Made by a program: the position numbers and the translations under genes | In this document: positions 34,871-44,628 of the stretch, piece by piece | Layout: every line of letters begins with the position of its first letter | Position numbering within the stretch: the first letter of the stretch is position 1 | Notes under the pieces: model-generated | Database searches by the model: none | Told to the model about the DNA's origin: nothing | The model's input: only the letters and a program-made list of their open reading frames with translations | Source of the DNA: Flavobacteriales bacterium | Lineage (GTDB): Bacteria; Bacteroidota; Bacteroidia; Flavobacteriales_D; Crocinitomicaceae | Direction of reading: 5' to 3' | Assembly: GCA_947500755.1 (NCBI GenBank) | Contig: CANMTO010000008.1 | Location: forward strand, 1,380-65,379 | Length of the DNA stretch: 64,000 nt

Positions 34871-37429
34871 ATGCGTATTTTTCTAAGACAGAACATTTTA
34901 ATACTGTTTTTTCTTAGTAATGTTTGTGTTTTATCTCAAACCCTTGTTATTAATGAAATTTCCCAAGGCCCCTCGGGTTCAAAAGAATACGTGGAGTTCT
35001 TGGTGGTCCCAACGGGAGCAATAAATCCTTGTCAACCCAATGCCAATTGCCTTGACCTCCGTGGATGGATTTTCGATGACAATAACAGTTATTTCACACC
35101 GGGAAGCACATCGGGTGTTGGGCTAGCTCAAGGCTCCTTACGATTTTCCAACTCGGCTTTTTGGGCATGTATACCGGTTGGGACACTCATTGTTATCTTC
35201 AACGATATGGACATAAATGCTTCAATTCCAGCTAATGACGTTAGTATGAATGATGGAAATTGTCGATTAATAATTCCAGCATCCTCGGGCTTAATAGAAG
35301 GTAACGCAAATAATCCATCGGCTGCCGCACCTTTAACGTATCCTATTGTTGGATGGACGGTAGGAGGCTTTTGGAATTATACTGGAATGGCTAATACTGG
35401 CGACTCGTACCAAGTTTATGCACCTGTTAACACCAGTATTCCAGCACATGCGATTAGTTGGGGAAATAACTCTTCAAACAATATTATATATTTTGCCGGA
35501 CCATCAACTGCTTTGGTCTTTTATTTTAATAGTTTGAGTAACAACCCCTACGTACAAAATAATTGGTCAAGTGGGTCTTCTCCTTTGTTTGAAACACCTG
35601 GATCTGGCAACAATGCCGCAAACACGAACTACATTCAATCGTTAACCAACAATTGTAGTCCTATTGCACCTTTGGTGGTCAATCCATCGGCTCAACCTGC
35701 TGTTTGCATATGCAATGGAAGTGTAACTGCCTCCCCAAGTGGTGGGAATGGCGTATATTCTTATGTATGGACAAACGCACAGGGACAAGCCATTGGTAAT
35801 TCGTCAACTGTTTCTAATCTTTGTGCAGGTTGGTATTACGTTCAAGTAGGCTCTGGAGGATGTACAGACAATGATAGCATTCAAGTTATTAACGCTGGGG
35901 CACTTATCAATCCAACGTTTTCAAACTTTGGACCATATTGCCAGGGTGTAATTCCTGCCGTTTTGCCCAACACCTCCAATAATGGCATCACAGGCACATG
36001 GACACCGCCTAGCATTAGCACGTTTAGCAGCGGCAGTTCGGTATACACCTTTACCCCAAACGCAGGACAATGCGCTAATACGAGCACCCAAACTGTAGTG
36101 GTGAATGGGAACATAACGCCAACATTTAATACGTATGGTCCATATTGCCCTTCAGCACAACTCCCTGCACTTCCAAATACTTCACTTAACGGAATTAGTG
36201 GTTCATGGAACCCCGGAATGGTTAATTCAACCTTAGGCTCAACTACCTACACATTCACACCCGCAGGAGGACAATGTGGCAGCACAGAAAACCTCATAAT
36301 AACCATTATAAGTAGTGTAGCACCCACCTTTATGAATTTAGGGCCTTATTGCCAAAATACGCTTGTGGCTCCACTACCGAGCACATCCAATAACGGCATT
36401 AGTGGGAATTGGAATCCACCTTCAGTTAATGCGAATATACAGGGTTTAGGTACATATATTTTCACTCCTGACGCTGGTCAATGCGGCGACACTATTGTGC
36501 AGCAGATTCAAGTAAGCGCGGAGTTATCTACAACATTTACGAATTTTGGTCCTTACTGCTTAGGTGATTTTACCGCACTGCCTAATACCAGTAGCAATGG
36601 GATTTCGGGAACTTGGAATCCATCAAATATTAATACCTCCCAAGTAGGAACAAGCACCTATACCTTTACCCCCACCCCCGGAAATTGTGCCATAGACACG
36701 GTTATATCAGTGTTAGTGGCTAACCCACTTATCAATGCGGGAAATGATACTACTATTTGTGCTGGAAATTATATTATATTGGAAGGGAGTGGTGGAAGCA
36801 ACTATCTATGGAATAATGGGGTACAGAATGGGATTCCATTTTCACCAAGTACCACCTCAACATACACCGTGTGCGGTACTGTTGGCTCTTGCACCGGATG
36901 TGACACCGTTCTAGTGACGGTAAATCCAAGTCCTAACGCTTCCTTTATATCAGATATAAGTGGCTACGATGTTCAATTTTTATACATGGGAACCCCTGTA
37001 CAAACCTTTAACTGGGATTTTGGTGATGGTGATAATTCCTCGTTGATGGATCCAGCTCATACCTACACTAGCCCGGGTACCTATGGGGTATTACTGATAG
37101 TAAATGATAACGGATGCACAAGCACTTATTTCGCAGAAATCGAGCTCTTTGCACCAGGAACCGATGTACATCTGATTAATATCATTACGCCAAATGGGGA
37201 TGGGGTGAATGATGAGTTCTACTTAAACCTGAATGGATATAAAAAGGTGACTATACAAATAGTTAACCGTTGGGGAAATCTCATGGCAGAATTGACTGGA
37301 TCTCAACTCACTTGGGATGGGAAAACGAATGGACATATGGCTCTAGAAGGCGTGTATTTTTACACATACGAAACGCTGGGTTATGACGGTAAGAACGCCA
37401 CGGGTCATGGATTCTTTCATCTAAAATAA
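34871..37429 (+). CDS. T9SS type B sorting-domain surface protein with an N-terminal lamin-tail-like domain, four Cys-containing 69-aa repeats and a PKD domain
   Basis: ATG 34871 gives MRIFLRQNILILFFLSNVCVLSQ. LTD-like LVINEISQGPSGSKEYVEFLVV...LRGWIFDDN; PKD FNWDFGDGDNS...HTYTSPGTYGV; CTD INIITPNGDGVNDEFY...VNRWGNLM...WDGKTNG...EGVYFYTY. Confidence 0.88.
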   Translation: MRIFLRQNILILFFLSNVCVLSQTLVINEISQGPSGSKEYVEFLVVPTGAINPCQPNANCLDLRGWIFDDNNSYFTPGSTSGVGLAQGSLRFSNSAFWACIPVGTLIVIFNDMDINASIPANDVSMNDGNCRLIIPASSGLIEGNANNPSAAAPLTYPIVGWTVGGFWNYTGMANTGDSYQVYAPVNTSIPAHAISWGNNSSNNIIYFAGPSTALVFYFNSLSNNPYVQNNWSSGSSPLFETPGSGNNAANTNYIQSLTNNCSPIAPLVVNPSAQPAVCICNGSVTASPSGGNGVYSYVWTNAQGQAIGNSSTVSNLCAGWYYVQVGSGGCTDNDSIQVINAGALINPTFSNFGPYCQGVIPAVLPNTSNNGITGTWTPPSISTFSSGSSVYTFTPNAGQCANTSTQTVVVNGNITPTFNTYGPYCPSAQLPALPNTSLNGISGSWNPGMVNSTLGSTTYTFTPAGGQCGSTENLIITIISSVAPTFMNLGPYCQNTLVAPLPSTSNNGISGNWNPPSVNANIQGLGTYIFTPDAGQCGDTIVQQIQVSAELSTTFTNFGPYCLGDFTALPNTSSNGISGTWNPSNINTSQVGTSTYTFTPTPGNCAIDTVISVLVANPLINAGNDTTICAGNYIILEGSGGSNYLWNNGVQNGIPFSPSTTSTYTVCGTVGSCTGCDTVLVTVNPSPNASFISDISGYDVQFLYMGTPVQTFNWDFGDGDNSSLMDPAHTYTSPGTYGVLLIVNDNGCTSTYFAEIELFAPGTDVHLINIITPNGDGVNDEFYLNLNGYKKVTIQIVNRWGNLMAELTGSQLTWDGKTNGHMALEGVYFYTYETLGYDGKNATGHGFFHLK
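35905..36725 (+). repeat. Four tandem repeats of about 207 nt (69 aa) within the CDS
   Basis: P(T/S)F.N.GPYC......LPNTS.NGI(T/S)G.WNP.......G...YTFTP..GQC occurs four times, beginning near 35905, 36113, 36316 and 36523. Confidence 0.85.
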
Positions 37430-37434
37430 AAAAA

Positions 37435-37819
37435 GGCAAATCATAAGCCGGGTTCTGTTCGTTTTGTCACACGTGACGCAACTGCCTATCATTTATCTAG
37501 CACTGACGTCGCCATCAGCGTCTATCGACCTACCCTCCGGAATCGAGCGAGCAACTCTTAATGTACAAGACATACTCCGGTATACATGGTCTTTCAGCGC
37601 GTAAGGTTTACCCTGCCAACAACATCACTGTTGCTGCGGTGAGCTCTTACCTCCCCTTTTCACCTTTTCCCCAACGCAACAAGTTTGTCAAGGTAGTTTA
37701 TTTTCTGCGGCACTTTCTGTATTCATCAAGATGAACCCTTCCCGTTAGGAAGTACACTGCTCTGTGCTGCCCGGACTTTCCTCCCTCCCGTAAACGGGAC
37801 AGCGATAGGCCGATTTGCC
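37435..37819 (-). ncRNA. rnpB: RNase P RNA, bacterial type A
   Basis: The minus strand reads GGCAAAUCGGCC...GGGAGGAAAGUCCGGGCAGC (P4 5' strand)...AGAAAGUGCCGCAGAAAAUA...GGUAAGAGCUCACC...GGGUAAACC...ACAGAACCCGGCUUAUGAUUUGCC (P4 3' strand and P1 closing with the 5' GGCAAAUC). It lies in the only 400-nt region with no ORF. Confidence 0.93.
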
Positions 37820-37834
37820 AAGTCAAAGGTACAA

Positions 37835-38914
37835 TTAGAATTTAACTAACGGAAATTCCTTAGATCCATGAATTCCACTAAGGATTATTCGGTATGTCCC
37901 TGTATGTAATGCGTTGAGATCAAGGCTATAATTAAGCACATTATTCAATGAAGTACTAAGGACAAGCCTTCCGGCGCCATCGTAGATTTGAGCTAAATAT
38001 ACAGGGGATTTAGAATCAATAAGTAATGTTTCATGTACGGGATTAGGTCCAATGGATGCATCCAGCGTGGATTCAATTAAGGAAGCATCTAATCCCAAAT
38101 AATCCTCTTGATATTCTACTTGATTAACCGTACCGTTTGTTTCTGTTGCTTTAAGCACCCACTCTTTTTCACCGTTTGCAAACCACTCGTATTCCGTGCG
38201 TTGAATTGGCGGCGTTCCAAACCACTGACCAGCACCAAAAAATGTTTGATAAACCGAATCAATTTCGGCAATATCGTGTCGTAAGCGCAATGCTTGAAAT
38301 GTACCCTTCGGGGTTGTAATAGTTCCCCATCCATCTACATTCGTGGTTCGTTGACGATATTGTTTGATTTTAAAGTCAATGACTGGATTTAAATCGATGT
38401 AGGTGTAGCCTCTGGAATAATGAGAATCATTGTAATTCAATGGTAATTTATAGCGTGTTTCTATCGTATCCGATTTGAATGGAACCCCTTGTCCATTAAC
38501 GCTTATGGAATAACCAAGTGAGGTAATAGAGTCTGTCATTCGCTTGGTATACTGATTCAAATCACTTAAAGAAACAGGTAGGAATTGAGACAATTGATCC
38601 AGTGGTAAATCGTTCGTTGGATTAAAGTAACTCGCTCGATAATTTGTTGGTGCAATGGGTCCATAGGTTCCGAACACCAATAATGAAGCAAAACCAATGG
38701 GATTAAACTCCTTGAGGTATTGACTGTTTGCAGATAAGGCGCTAAAATCCCACGTAAAATTCGCGCCAGTTGAGAGAAAATCCAAGCCTGCTCCTGCTGC
38801 TTGAGAAATACGGACGGTATCACCGGAATTTGCGAAATCCGCTACACTGAGGGTGATTTGTGACGAAATCCCAACTAAAAAACTCAGAAAAAAAACTGAT
38901 AATATAGCCTTCAT
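37835..38914 (-). CDS. T9SS type A sorting-domain protein, function unknown
   Basis: ATG 38914 gives MKAILSVFFLSFLVGISSQ. The C-terminus is IGPNPVHETLLIDSKSPVYLAQIYDGAGRLV...LHTGTYRIIL. Confidence 0.8.
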   Translation of the reverse strand: MKAILSVFFLSFLVGISSQITLSVADFANSGDTVRISQAAGAGLDFLSTGANFTWDFSALSANSQYLKEFNPIGFASLLVFGTYGPIAPTNYRASYFNPTNDLPLDQLSQFLPVSLSDLNQYTKRMTDSITSLGYSISVNGQGVPFKSDTIETRYKLPLNYNDSHYSRGYTYIDLNPVIDFKIKQYRQRTTNVDGWGTITTPKGTFQALRLRHDIAEIDSVYQTFFGAGQWFGTPPIQRTEYEWFANGEKEWVLKATETNGTVNQVEYQEDYLGLDASLIESTLDASIGPNPVHETLLIDSKSPVYLAQIYDGAGRLVLSTSLNNVLNYSLDLNALHTGTYRIILSGIHGSKEFPLVKF

Positions 38915-38982
38915 TATTCGTAGATTAAAGGATAAAGGTACATGAAATTGACTAACAAAATAAATTGCCTTACTTTTAGTGC

Positions 38983-41900
38983 GTGAATGATAAATCAATC
39001 ATTTTATCGGAATTAAATCAATTTGAACTGGACCTCTCAAGGTTTAATTCCTCTGATTTATTGGTGAATATCCAAGCGAAACATGTACTGCCTTTTGAAA
39101 AAGAAACGGAAGAACTGAGGCCTGAAGCATCGAAACTGATAAAAGCTGCGTATCAAAAAGAACGAGAAGAGGGTGTGTTTTCCTTATGTTTATCTGAAGG
39201 TATCCTATTCTTGCAGGAAGCAGAGCACCAGCAACAAATTCCAATTTTCCTTCATTTATTGAACCCGAAAATCAACCCCGTATTAAATCAAGTTTCTTGG
39301 AATATCGGGGCGGATGAATGGATCATAAACCCCTATTTATTGCAGATCTTTTCATTTGAAGAAACAGAATTTACAGCCCTTGAAAAAAAGGAACTATGTG
39401 AGCTGTTGACATCAAAAGGATATGATTTGGATGCACGTATTCGGTACATAGGAAATTTCCATCCGTATCGACACAGCCTATTGAAGGAAGTGATTGAGTT
39501 AAAAAAAGAAACCGATTTAAGTCATTTCGATTTTCTATATCAAGGTGCTCAACACGTTGAAGAACCCATCCATAAATCCTTGTCTCCATTACTTTTCGAG
39601 GCAGACCACACCCAGTTCCAAGCAATAAAACGGGCGGAGTTGCAACACTTGGTTATTCAAGGCCCCCCAGGGACCGGGAAATCACAAGTAATCGGAAATT
39701 TAATCGGTCGGTTTTTAGAAGAAAAAAAGCAGGTGCTTCTTTGTTCTCAAAAACGTCAAGCATTAGAAGTGATTGCGTCTAAATTAACAGATTGTGGACT
39801 CGGAGAATTAATGCTGAGGAGGAACTCGCAGGACGGAATAAAAACTAGTATTCAGTCGCTGGCCAAAAGCTGGGAAGCGATAGAAAAACCATTAGATTCC
39901 ATGGAGCAAGACTTTTCAAGTACCGTTCGCTTGAATTGGCTTCAAGGTCAACTGGACCTCTACCACAAGGACGGATTAATTGGGGAGATGAGCCCAAAGG
40001 ACTTCATTACCGCGACGCGAATCGGAGAAAAAAAGAACGCGGCATTTCATGCAGGCATGCCGAGTTACTCGGAATGGTTAACATATAAGCCTATAATTTC
40101 GACTATTCCTGATTCGGTGCTGCAAATGCTGAGTATGCTCAAAGGTAATTTGAACTTGGAAAACACCTTTGAAACACGTCTAAAAACACTTAAGCATATA
40201 CAAACGGAGCTAAGCCATTTACAATGGCAGCACTTAACCGATACGGAGATTCTTGAACAGGCACACGTAGCACAGATGGTACATTTGTTTTCAAATGATA
40301 CGGCGCAGCGCTGTTTGCCGTGGATGAAACATCGAAGTAAAATCAACCGATTGATTAAAAAGTTGGATCTTGCTGAGGCGCAGCTTCAACAGAAAGAGCA
40401 TGCGCTTACTTCGTGGAAAAAATTACCTTCGATTGTTTTGTTAAGTGGGCTACGTAAAGAACTTTCAAAAGGTGGTTTGTTTAAGAAATTCCATCAGCTT
40501 CGAATAAAACGAAACTGGTTAACTGAATCAACCGCTGATATTGGGGTATTAATTGAACTAACTGAAGTATACCATTCCTTACTTGATGAACGCTTAAACG
40601 CTCAAATGGAATTAATTTCGCTTGGATTAACGGATATTAGGACCGATATTACAGCCTATAAAACCTTTAATACCTTGTTTGATGGAAACTTGTATGAACA
40701 ATACCACGCACTTTCTAAACAAGAACGAAGTTTCTATGGTACAAATCATGCAATGATTCAAGGAATTGCGCTAGCAATTAAACAACAATTCACAAGGAAT
40801 TCTGAAGCACCCGTCTATGAAAATATAGATCATCTTTTAACTAATTTCCATAGCTGTATTCCTCATTTAAAAGCATGGGATCAAGTCCCCTGTTCCGTCA
40901 CTGCCCCCGTGATTGAATTCGAAACTACTGGAGCCTATGAAGAGGCCATAATTGCTTCCGATTGGAACCGATTTATCGCCCAATTTCCTGGAATGAAGGA
41001 ATTTCTTTCGCTTTCCATTGCAGATGAATTAGCACGGATTAAGGCGAATAGAAAAAATACGCAAGAACGGGTTGTTCATCAGATTTTGGTTGATCGTAAA
41101 AACACCTTTGATGCATTTCATCGAATAATAGCTACGCCTAGCGGTAAATTAACGGCAAGGGAAAAGACATTAAAAAATGAATTGATTATAGGAAAAAGAA
41201 TCCTTTCAAGGCTTTTTAGTCGAAAAAGAAATTTCCCTGCCTTACGCACCGTACTGGAAAGTGAAGCTTCGCATTGGATTTCTTTATTGAAGCCCATTTG
41301 GCTAAGTAGTCCCGTGCAAATCGCCATGGATTTACCTTTGACTAAAAACCGTTTTGATGTTGCAATTATTGACGAGGCGAGTCAGTTGTTATTGTCTCAT
41401 TCGTTAGGTACGATTTATCGCTCCAAGCAATTAATTGTGGCCGGCGATTCTATGCAAATGGCACCTTCAGCCTTTTTTCAGCGAGGAACTTCTAATGCGC
41501 TCACCCTACTAGATCAGGCAGCATTCAATTTACCTCAAAGTCCATTAAAATTTCATTACAGAAGCCAACACGAGGAGTTGATACAATTTTCGAATCAACA
41601 TTTTTATAACAATGAACTCATTGTTTTGCCAAGCTATCCAAACTATCAAGCCATTACATCAATCTATCTCCCCGGGAATCATTACAAAGATGGAATAAAT
41701 ATAATTGAAGCACAGGCTGCAAAAAAGCTATTGGTTGAAAAATTAAGGCTAAAAGATACCCGCATTGGATTAGTAGCGTTTTCAGAAAAGCAACTTAAAG
41801 CCATAATTTCGTTGTGCACCACAGCGGAGCGCTTAGCGATGGAGGTAGCACTTGAATCAGATACGCTATTTTTGAAAACTGCAGAACAAATTCAAGGGGA

Positions 41901-42363
41901 TGAATGCGATGAAATCATCATATCATTTGGCTACGGGTACAATGAAGATGGAAGATTTGATTTACGGTTTGGCCCCTTAACTCAAGACGGTGGCGATAAA
42001 CGACTCAACGTTTTATTCAGTAGGGCAAAGCGTAAAATACATTTCATTCATTCGGTATGCGCTAAGGATTTCCCAATGAGTGAAAACCCCGCAATCCATG
42101 TGCTAAAACAGTGGTTTTCTTATGTTGAACACACCAAATCATCCTCCGAATCCTTAGGACTCCTTAATGTGATGAATCATCAGATTGATGGACGCGACAT
42201 TCGAATTCAACGCTGGATTGATTTATCTCCCAACGTATTCGATCTAATCACCTATGAATCAATCTTAAGTGCTCGAGGGTGGGTTATTCGAGAGGAGGCG
42301 TTTTCTTCGGCACCGGATCGTACCCGTGTCCTCCCCTTGGATGACAGCGTGAAATTCGCTTAG
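38983..42363 (+). CDS. Superfamily 1B (Upf1/DNA2-like, AAA_11/AAA_12) helicase with a DUF4011-like N-terminus and a large intramotif insertion
   Basis: GTG start. Walker [11 protein letters not shown] (nt 39661), motif [12 protein letters not shown] (nt 41371), [59 protein letters not shown]. Confidence 0.85.
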   Translation: MNDKSIILSELNQFELDLSRFNSSDLLVNIQAKHVLPFEKETEELRPEASKLIKAAYQKEREEGVFSLCLSEGILFLQEAEHQQQIPIFLHLLNPKINPVLNQVSWNIGADEWIINPYLLQIFSFEETEFTALEKKELCELLTSKGYDLDARIRYIGNFHPYRHSLLKEVIELKKETDLSHFDFLYQGAQHVEEPIHKSLSPLLFEADHTQFQAIKRAELQHLVIQGPPGTGKSQVIGNLIGRFLEEKKQVLLCSQKRQALEVIASKLTDCGLGELMLRRNSQDGIKTSIQSLAKSWEAIEKPLDSMEQDFSSTVRLNWLQGQLDLYHKDGLIGEMSPKDFITATRIGEKKNAAFHAGMPSYSEWLTYKPIISTIPDSVLQMLSMLKGNLNLENTFETRLKTLKHIQTELSHLQWQHLTDTEILEQAHVAQMVHLFSNDTAQRCLPWMKHRSKINRLIKKLDLAEAQLQQKEHALTSWKKLPSIVLLSGLRKELSKGGLFKKFHQLRIKRNWLTESTADIGVLIELTEVYHSLLDERLNAQMELISLGLTDIRTDITAYKTFNTLFDGNLYEQYHALSKQERSFYGTNHAMIQGIALAIKQQFTRNSEAPVYENIDHLLTNFHSCIPHLKAWDQVPCSVTAPVIEFETTGAYEEAIIASDWNRFIAQFPGMKEFLSLSIADELARIKANRKNTQERVVHQILVDRKNTFDAFHRIIATPSGKLTAREKTLKNELIIGKRILSRLFSRKRNFPALRTVLESEASHWISLLKPIWLSSPVQIAMDLPLTKNRFDVAIIDEASQLLLSHSLGTIYRSKQLIVAGDSMQMAPSAFFQRGTSNALTLLDQAAFNLPQSPLKFHYRSQHEELIQFSNQHFYNNELIVLPSYPNYQAITSIYLPGNHYKDGINIIEAQAAKKLLVEKLRLKDTRIGLVAFSEKQLKAIISLCTTAERLAMEVALESDTLFLKTAEQIQGDECDEIIISFGYGYNEDGRFDLRFGPLTQDGGDKRLNVLFSRAKRKIHFIHSVCAKDFPMSENPAIHVLKQWFSYVEHTKSSSESLGLLNVMNHQIDGRDIRIQRWIDLSPNVFDLITYESILSARGWVIREEAFSSAPDRTRVLPLDDSVKFA

Positions 42364-42541
42364 TACCTAACCAAAGGCCTTTAACTGGACCCCACACTTG
42401 AATGGCTTCAATCATATAAGAAGAACATGACGGTGTATATCTACAACTTGGGGGGAGCAATGGCGAAATAACCCACTGATAAATTCGGACTAAAAAAATA
42501 AAGGGAAAACCCAGGATTTTCTTTAACATTTCCACAGTCAA
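42284..42541 (-). CDS. yidD: Membrane protein insertion efficiency factor YidD
   Basis: [27 protein letters not shown]...[14 protein letters not shown]. Confidence 0.9.
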   Translation of the reverse strand: MTVEMLKKILGFPFIFLVRIYQWVISPLLPPSCRYTPSCSSYMIEAIQVWGPVKGLWLGTKRISRCHPRGGHGYDPVPKKTPPLE

Positions 42542-42622
42542 ATATAGGGATTAAAAAAAGGATGTTTGTAACTGAGGTCACTTTACGCGTTGGCAAACGA
42601 GTTATTCCTTAATTTCACCTCC

Positions 42623-43567
42623 ATGAATTTATTCCGATTTCTCCTTATTATTTCAATGAATTATTCGTTTTTCATACAGGCTCAAACGTGGACACATGAA
42701 CAGCTGGAGGTTAAAACCAAGAACACCTTGAACCGGGTAATGCGTTCCGACGACCTGTTTGAAGACCGTTGGGTTGAATTGCCACAAGCTAAGTTTTGGA
42801 GACGAATCATGACCTTATCTCCAGATTCTTGCATTATTAATGTTGCCAAAAATCGCACGATACTCGAGACCATAGCCTTCAGACAGTGGCGAACAAAAAC
42901 CGAAACTGAAAAAGCGCAATACAAGGCCACATTACGTAAAACCTTTGGCTTAGATTCTACAGAGGAACTCTATGTTACAACGGGGAAAAATGATTTTTAC
43001 AGATTTCACGAAGTATTTCCTTCACTTGGCAGCGGAATAGCGGCATTTGAAAACAACCAAGTAGATCCTTGGTATGCACAAGCCATCCTTTTGATTGAAA
43101 GTCCCGCTCAGCTCAAGAAATCAATCAGTGGTGCGTATGGCCCATTTCAACTCATGCCTTCGGTTGCTCAACGATACGGACTCACCGTAAATGGAAACAC
43201 CGATGAGCGTGCGGACTTTTCAAGAAGTGCTTATGCCTCCTCTCAACTGATTAAAACCTCTTGTATTCCATCCGCTCGACGCATATTAAATGCACATGGA
43301 CTGAGCTATACAGAAAGTGATTTGTGGTTTAGGTTGCTTGTCATGCATGTATATCATGCGGGAGCAGGAAATGTAGCCGCTGTTGTCAACAAAATACATC
43401 CTACATCGGGCAGTATGGACCTTATTCAACAGATGTGGATTACTTCCGCCGCAGGATTCGGAAATAACTCTCAAAACTACAGTCAATTGGCAATCGCAGC
43501 GCAGTGGCTATTGCACGATTATGTGTATACTCAATGCGATGAAATTCACCCGTGTACGGGTAAATGA
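42623..43567 (+). CDS. Lytic transglycosylase (SLT) domain protein
   Basis: ATG 42623 gives MNLFRFLLIISMNYSFFIQAQ. Catalytic context AILLIESPAQ...GAYGPFQLMPSVAQRYGL. Confidence 0.75.
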   Translation: MNLFRFLLIISMNYSFFIQAQTWTHEQLEVKTKNTLNRVMRSDDLFEDRWVELPQAKFWRRIMTLSPDSCIINVAKNRTILETIAFRQWRTKTETEKAQYKATLRKTFGLDSTEELYVTTGKNDFYRFHEVFPSLGSGIAAFENNQVDPWYAQAILLIESPAQLKKSISGAYGPFQLMPSVAQRYGLTVNGNTDERADFSRSAYASSQLIKTSCIPSARRILNAHGLSYTESDLWFRLLVMHVYHAGAGNVAAVVNKIHPTSGSMDLIQQMWITSAAGFGNNSQNYSQLAIAAQWLLHDYVYTQCDEIHPCTGK

Positions 43568-44628
43568 TGGGTAAGCTGATCCTGAGATAGGGATAACCCA
43601 CACGTGAAATTTGTTGCAAATAAGCCCCCGGTGCCTAATCCCTGGGGAAGGTTGAGTGGGTATTCCGCGGCAAACTGAGCCACTGCAGTTAGACCGATGT
43701 TAGACTCCAAGGCAGAGGTCATCCACCAACCAATTCCGCGTGCGGTGGCTAATTCTATCCACGTTTGTACTCCCGAGACTCCTCCGTGCAAGCTGGGCTT
43801 TAAAATGATGAATTGAGGGCCAACGCGATCGAGCAAGGCCACTTTTTCCGCCAGTGTATAGCATGGAATCAGGGATTCATCTAAGGCTATTGGCACAATG
43901 GCCTCCTTGCACAATGCTGCTAATAAATCAATCTCGTTAACTGCTACAGGTTGTTCAATCGAATGAACATTTAAGTCTCTGAGTTGATTCAGTATCTGTC
44001 GAACATTAGCTGCCGTAAATCCACCGTTCGCGTCCACGCGAATCGTAAGTAATTCAGGACCAAAATGTTTACGCACCTGTTGAATTATTTCATGTTCTTG
44101 CTTCCAATCAATCGCGCCAATTTTAAATTTCAATACGGAATATCCTTCCTTTATTTTTTTGGCTACCTGGTCTTGCATCCATTCCGGTGCACCCATCCAA
44201 ATTAACCCATTGATTTGAATAGCAGATTCTCCTCGCGCAAAAGCATTGTCAAAAAATAGCCCATGACTCGGAGCCAACCAACTCCGCAGGGCACATTCCA
44301 CTCCAAATCTAATCGAAGGGAAATATAATAAGTCCGGAATCAACAAATCAAGGGAATCGAGCAATTCCGCTTCAGATAAAGACGCTTGATTTAGGGCATG
44401 AATTACTTCGCTTAGTTTACCCTCGTACTGAACGTCGTTGATATACTCTGGAGAAAGGCCTTCAATGATGCTGCACTCTCCAATTCCTTGCTTCCCTTCA
44501 GCGCTTAGGGTAATAAGCCAAAGTTTCTTTGTCGTAAGCACTCCCCTACTGGTTCCTGCTGGAAAATTAAACGCTAATTCATGCTTTTGAACTGTGAAAA
44601 TCGGGCTTACATCCATTGTTTGTACCAT
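43546..44628 (-). CDS. Enolase-superfamily enzyme, o-succinylbenzoate synthase (MenC)-like
   Basis: LKFKIG (KxK), RVDANGG, IEQP, ALDES, ILKPS; 360 aa. No other men genes are in the window. Confidence 0.7.
   Translation of the reverse strand: MVQTMDVSPIFTVQKHELAFNFPAGTSRGVLTTKKLWLITLSAEGKQGIGECSIIEGLSPEYINDVQYEGKLSEVIHALNQASLSEAELLDSLDLLIPDLLYFPSIRFGVECALRSWLAPSHGLFFDNAFARGESAIQINGLIWMGAPEWMQDQVAKKIKEGYSVLKFKIGAIDWKQEHEIIQQVRKHFGPELLTIRVDANGGFTAANVRQILNQLRDLNVHSIEQPVAVNEIDLLAALCKEAIVPIALDESLIPCYTLAEKVALLDRVGPQFIILKPSLHGGVSGVQTWIELATARGIGWWMTSALESNIGLTAVAQFAAEYPLNLPQGLGTGGLFATNFTCGLSLSQDQLTHHLPVHG

Noticed and set aside
37430-37834. The ORF-free 400-nt gap considered as tmRNA, a riboswitch, a degraded pseudogene or a mobile-element scar
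   Set aside because: The minus strand carries the universal RNase P RNA P4 strands (GGAGGAAAGUCCGGGC and ACAGAACCCGGCUUA) and a closing P1 helix. I found no tRNA-like end and no tag reading frame.
38983-42363. The helicase as the core of an anti-phage defence system or island
   Set aside because: No nuclease, methylase, TIR/SIR2, Cas, Abi or other partner is adjacent, and no integrase or tRNA boundary is present. The flanking genes are housekeeping or T9SS cargo. I kept it only as a domain-architecture curiosity.
43546-44628. Calling this gene menC outright as part of a menaquinone operon
   Set aside because: The catalytic KxK/D/E/D/K pattern fits the OSBS family, but no other men genes are nearby and the gene overlaps an asnB paralogue. 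The gene symbol is withheld and the context is flagged as a finding.
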